This document shows positions 61,449 through 64,000 of a DNA stretch of 64,000 nucleotides, one piece after another; the first letter of the stretch is position 1; each line of letters starts with the position of its first letter. Location of the stretch: the NCBI GenBank assembly GCA_048937405.1, contig JBHLNF010000003.1, positions 256,001-320,000 on the forward strand, given 5' to 3'. The notes under the pieces are model-generated. The model saw nothing but the letters and a program-made list of their open reading frames with translations. It was not told where the DNA came from and searched no databases. A program made the position numbers and the translations under genes. Source of the stretch: Promethearchaeota archaeon. GTDB lineage: Archaea; Asgardarchaeota; Lokiarchaeia; Sigyniarchaeales; SOKP01.

Positions 61449-63809
61449 ATGAATGAACGAATCAAAAAATTACGGAATCAAAGTCGTAAAGCGGTTTCTT
61501 ATTTATCGTTGGAACGCGCATTATTGCTAACAGAATTTTATCAAACTGGAGGTCCACATAGAGATTCTCCTCCAATTGTGAGAGCTAAAGCATTAAAATA
61601 TTTGATGGAAAATAAACAAATTTGTATTAATAAAGGAGAATTAATCGTTGGGGAACGTGGTCCAGAGCCAAAAGCAACACCAACTTACCCCGAAGTCTGC
61701 TGTCATAGTTTACACGATTTAGATATTTTAGATACTCGTGAGAAAATATCATTTAAAGTATCTAAAGAAACAAGACAACTTTCTGAAGATGTTATTATTC
61801 CATTTTGGAAAGGAAGATCTATTCGTGATAAAATATTTTCTAAAGTTGATGATGAATGGATTGATGCCTATGAAGCAGGGATTTTCACAGAATTTATGGA
61901 ACAAAGAGCTCCAGGACATACAGTTGGAGGAAAAAAAATATGGAATAAAGGATTTTTAGATTTTAAGCAAGAAATACAAAATTGTATGGAAAATTTAGAT
62001 TTTTACAATGATCCAGAGGCATATAATAAAAGAGAACAATTAATTGCAATGAATATTGCTGCAGATGCGATAATTATTTTTGCTGCACGTTATGCTCAAG
62101 AAGCTAAATATTTGGCTAATAATGAACCGAACCCAAAAAGAAAAAAAGAACTAGAAAAGATTTCAGAAATATGCTCTCATGTTCCTGCATTAGCGCCTAG
62201 AACCTTTTGGGAAGCACTTCAGCATTATTGGTTTATTCATTTGGGAGTTATAACAGAATATAACACATGGGACTCATTCAATCCAGGACGTTTAGATCAA
62301 CATTTATATCCATTCTATAAAAAAGATATTGATGAAGGTAATTTAACGAAGGAAGAAGTAATAGAATTACTTCAAGCTTTTTGGTTGAAGTTTAATAACC
62401 AACCGGCTCCACCGAAGGTAGGTATAACTGCTGAAGAAAGCAATACTTATACAGATTTTTGCAATATTAATATAGGTGGTCTAAAGGAGGATGGTTCTGA
62501 TGGAGTTAATGAAATGTCCTATATTTTACTAGATATTATTGAAGAAATGAGAATACTCCAACCAAGTAGTAATGTTCAGATTAGCAAAAAGACACCTGAT
62601 AGATTTTTAAAAAGAGCCCTTGATATTATTAAAACAGGTTTTGGGCAACCTTCTGTATTCAATACTGATACTATTGTTCAAGAATTAACTAGACAAGGGA
62701 AGTCTATAATAGATGCTCGAAATGGTGGTGCAAGTGGTTGTGTTGAATCTGGTGCTTTTGGAAAAGAAGCATATATACTAACAGGATATTTTAATCTTGT
62801 AAAAATTCTTGAAATAACTCTTCATAATGGGTTCGATCCACTTACTAAAAAGCAAATTGGTTTAAAAACTGGTGAACCTACTACTTTTGAGAGTTATAAT
62901 GATTTATTTGATGCTTTCAGTAGACAAGTAAATCATTTTGTAAATATTAAAATTAAGGGAAATCAAATAATTGAAAGAATATGGGCAGAAAACCCAGCTC
63001 CTTTCCTATCAATATTAATCGAGGATTGTATTCAGAATGGGAAGGATTATAATAATGGCGGAGCAAAATATAATACATCTTACATTCAAATTGTAGGGAT
63101 GGGCAGTATTACAGATTGTTTAGCATCTTTGAAATATCATGTATTTGACAAAAAAAATATTTCAATGGAAAATCTAATTAAAGCGCTAAATAATAATTTC
63201 AATGGTTATGAGGAATTACACCAGAAATTAATATATAAAACTCCTAAATATGGCAATGATAATAGTTATGTTGACGCCCTAATTCCCCAAGTATTTGAAA
63301 TGGTATATGATGCTATTGATAATCGTCCCAATACAAGAGGTGGGGTATATCATATTAATCTGCTACCCACAACTGTGCATATTTATTTCGGTCAAGTAAC
63401 GGGTGCCACTCCAGATGGTCGAGTAGGGTATACTCCTCTATCAGAAGGTATATCTCCAGTACAAGGAATGGATATTAAAGGGCCAACTGCGGTTATTAAA
63501 TCTGCTAGTAAAATTGATCATCTAAGAACTGGTGGAACTTTACTAAACCAAAAATTTGTACCACAATTTTTTATGAATGAAAATAAGATCAATAATTTAG
63601 CAAATTTAATTAGAGCATATTTTGAAATGAATGGACATCACATACAATTTAATGTAGTTTCAGCAGATACTCTACGCGCTGCACAGAAAGATCCAGAAAA
63701 ACATAGAGAACTTATTGTTCGAGTTGCAGGATATAGTGATTATTTTGTTAACTTGGGCCAAAATCTACAAGAGGAAATTATCAAAAGAACCGAGCATATT
63801 AATATTTAA
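61449..63809 (+). CDS. hypD: Glycyl radical enzyme, trans-4-hydroxy-L-proline dehydratase-like
   Basis: TEFMEQRAPGHTV, PGRLDQH, FNNQPAPPKVGIT, TYTDF, SGCVE, LPTT, RVAGYS match the HypD subfamily as recalled. Confidence 0.8.
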   Translation: MNERIKKLRNQSRKAVSYLSLERALLLTEFYQTGGPHRDSPPIVRAKALKYLMENKQICINKGELIVGERGPEPKATPTYPEVCCHSLHDLDILDTREKISFKVSKETRQLSEDVIIPFWKGRSIRDKIFSKVDDEWIDAYEAGIFTEFMEQRAPGHTVGGKKIWNKGFLDFKQEIQNCMENLDFYNDPEAYNKREQLIAMNIAADAIIIFAARYAQEAKYLANNEPNPKRKKELEKISEICSHVPALAPRTFWEALQHYWFIHLGVITEYNTWDSFNPGRLDQHLYPFYKKDIDEGNLTKEEVIELLQAFWLKFNNQPAPPKVGITAEESNTYTDFCNINIGGLKEDGSDGVNEMSYILLDIIEEMRILQPSSNVQISKKTPDRFLKRALDIIKTGFGQPSVFNTDTIVQELTRQGKSIIDARNGGASGCVESGAFGKEAYILTGYFNLVKILEITLHNGFDPLTKKQIGLKTGEPTTFESYNDLFDAFSRQVNHFVNIKIKGNQIIERIWAENPAPFLSILIEDCIQNGKDYNNGGAKYNTSYIQIVGMGSITDCLASLKYHVFDKKNISMENLIKALNNNFNGYEELHQKLIYKTPKYGNDNSYVDALIPQVFEMVYDAIDNRPNTRGGVYHINLLPTTVHIYFGQVTGATPDGRVGYTPLSEGISPVQGMDIKGPTAVIKSASKIDHLRTGGTLLNQKFVPQFFMNENKINNLANLIRAYFEMNGHHIQFNVVSADTLRAAQKDPEKHRELIVRVAGYSDYFVNLGQNLQEEIIKRTEHINI

Positions 63810-64000
63810 CAAAATCTAAGTTCTATCTTTTATCTATTTTTCATTTATATTTATATATTTTTAATTGTTTATTATTTTCTATTATTTTCACCTATCTTTC
63901 CTATTTGAAAATATATAAATTGATGAAATTTATTATGGAGTTATAAAATTACTGCGAAAAGATTAATAATTCTAATTATTATACAAAAAGGTAGATGAGA

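Noticed and set aside
4853-61959. About 30 short antisense or alternate-frame ORFs in the track (e.g. 4853..5188, 10744..11073, 23259..23570, 24988..25344, 49755..50102, 55443..55682, 61738..61959)
   Set aside because: They lie within or overlap well-supported genes, have no motifs and look like shadow ORFs.

Overview
Very AT-rich, gene-dense archaeal chromosome segment, almost certainly from an Asgard archaeon (Lokiarchaeia-like). The assignment rests on at least six longin/uDENN-type domains, three small-GTPase domains (one Rab-like), a V4R/Bet3-like protein, a geranylgeranyl reductase, a short XPF nuclease, an archaeal ADH synthase and GAGGT/GGTGA Shine-Dalgarno motifs. About 48 CDSs. No rRNA, tRNA, CRISPR array or transposase was recognised. 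Metabolic genes cover beta-oxidation (hydroxyacyl-CoA dehydrogenase, two crotonases, two tandem acyl-CoA ligases), amino-acid catabolism (tryptophanase, HypD-like glycyl radical enzyme) and nadB. Best candidate for an undescribed system: a radical SAM/SPASM - SCP2 lipid carrier - U32 Fe-S protein operon (41.7-45.1 kb), reminiscent of UbiT/U/V, in which the two enzymes share an ungapped 73-aa helical domain (N-terminal in one, C-terminal in the other), with two B12-dependent radical SAM genes nearby on either side. Other highlights: tandem MFS-fold/longin fusion proteins bracketed by two low-molecular-weight phosphatases, next to a macrodomain and a SIR2-TPR gene; an LRR-PCI-TIR protein; a folliculin-like uDENN fused to a degenerate GTPase; a longin-like/double winged-helix protein; an internally duplicated 1820-aa surface protein; probable AUA/CUG starts; and a readable tandem-duplication junction. 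All family calls are by-eye motif recognition, not database searches.
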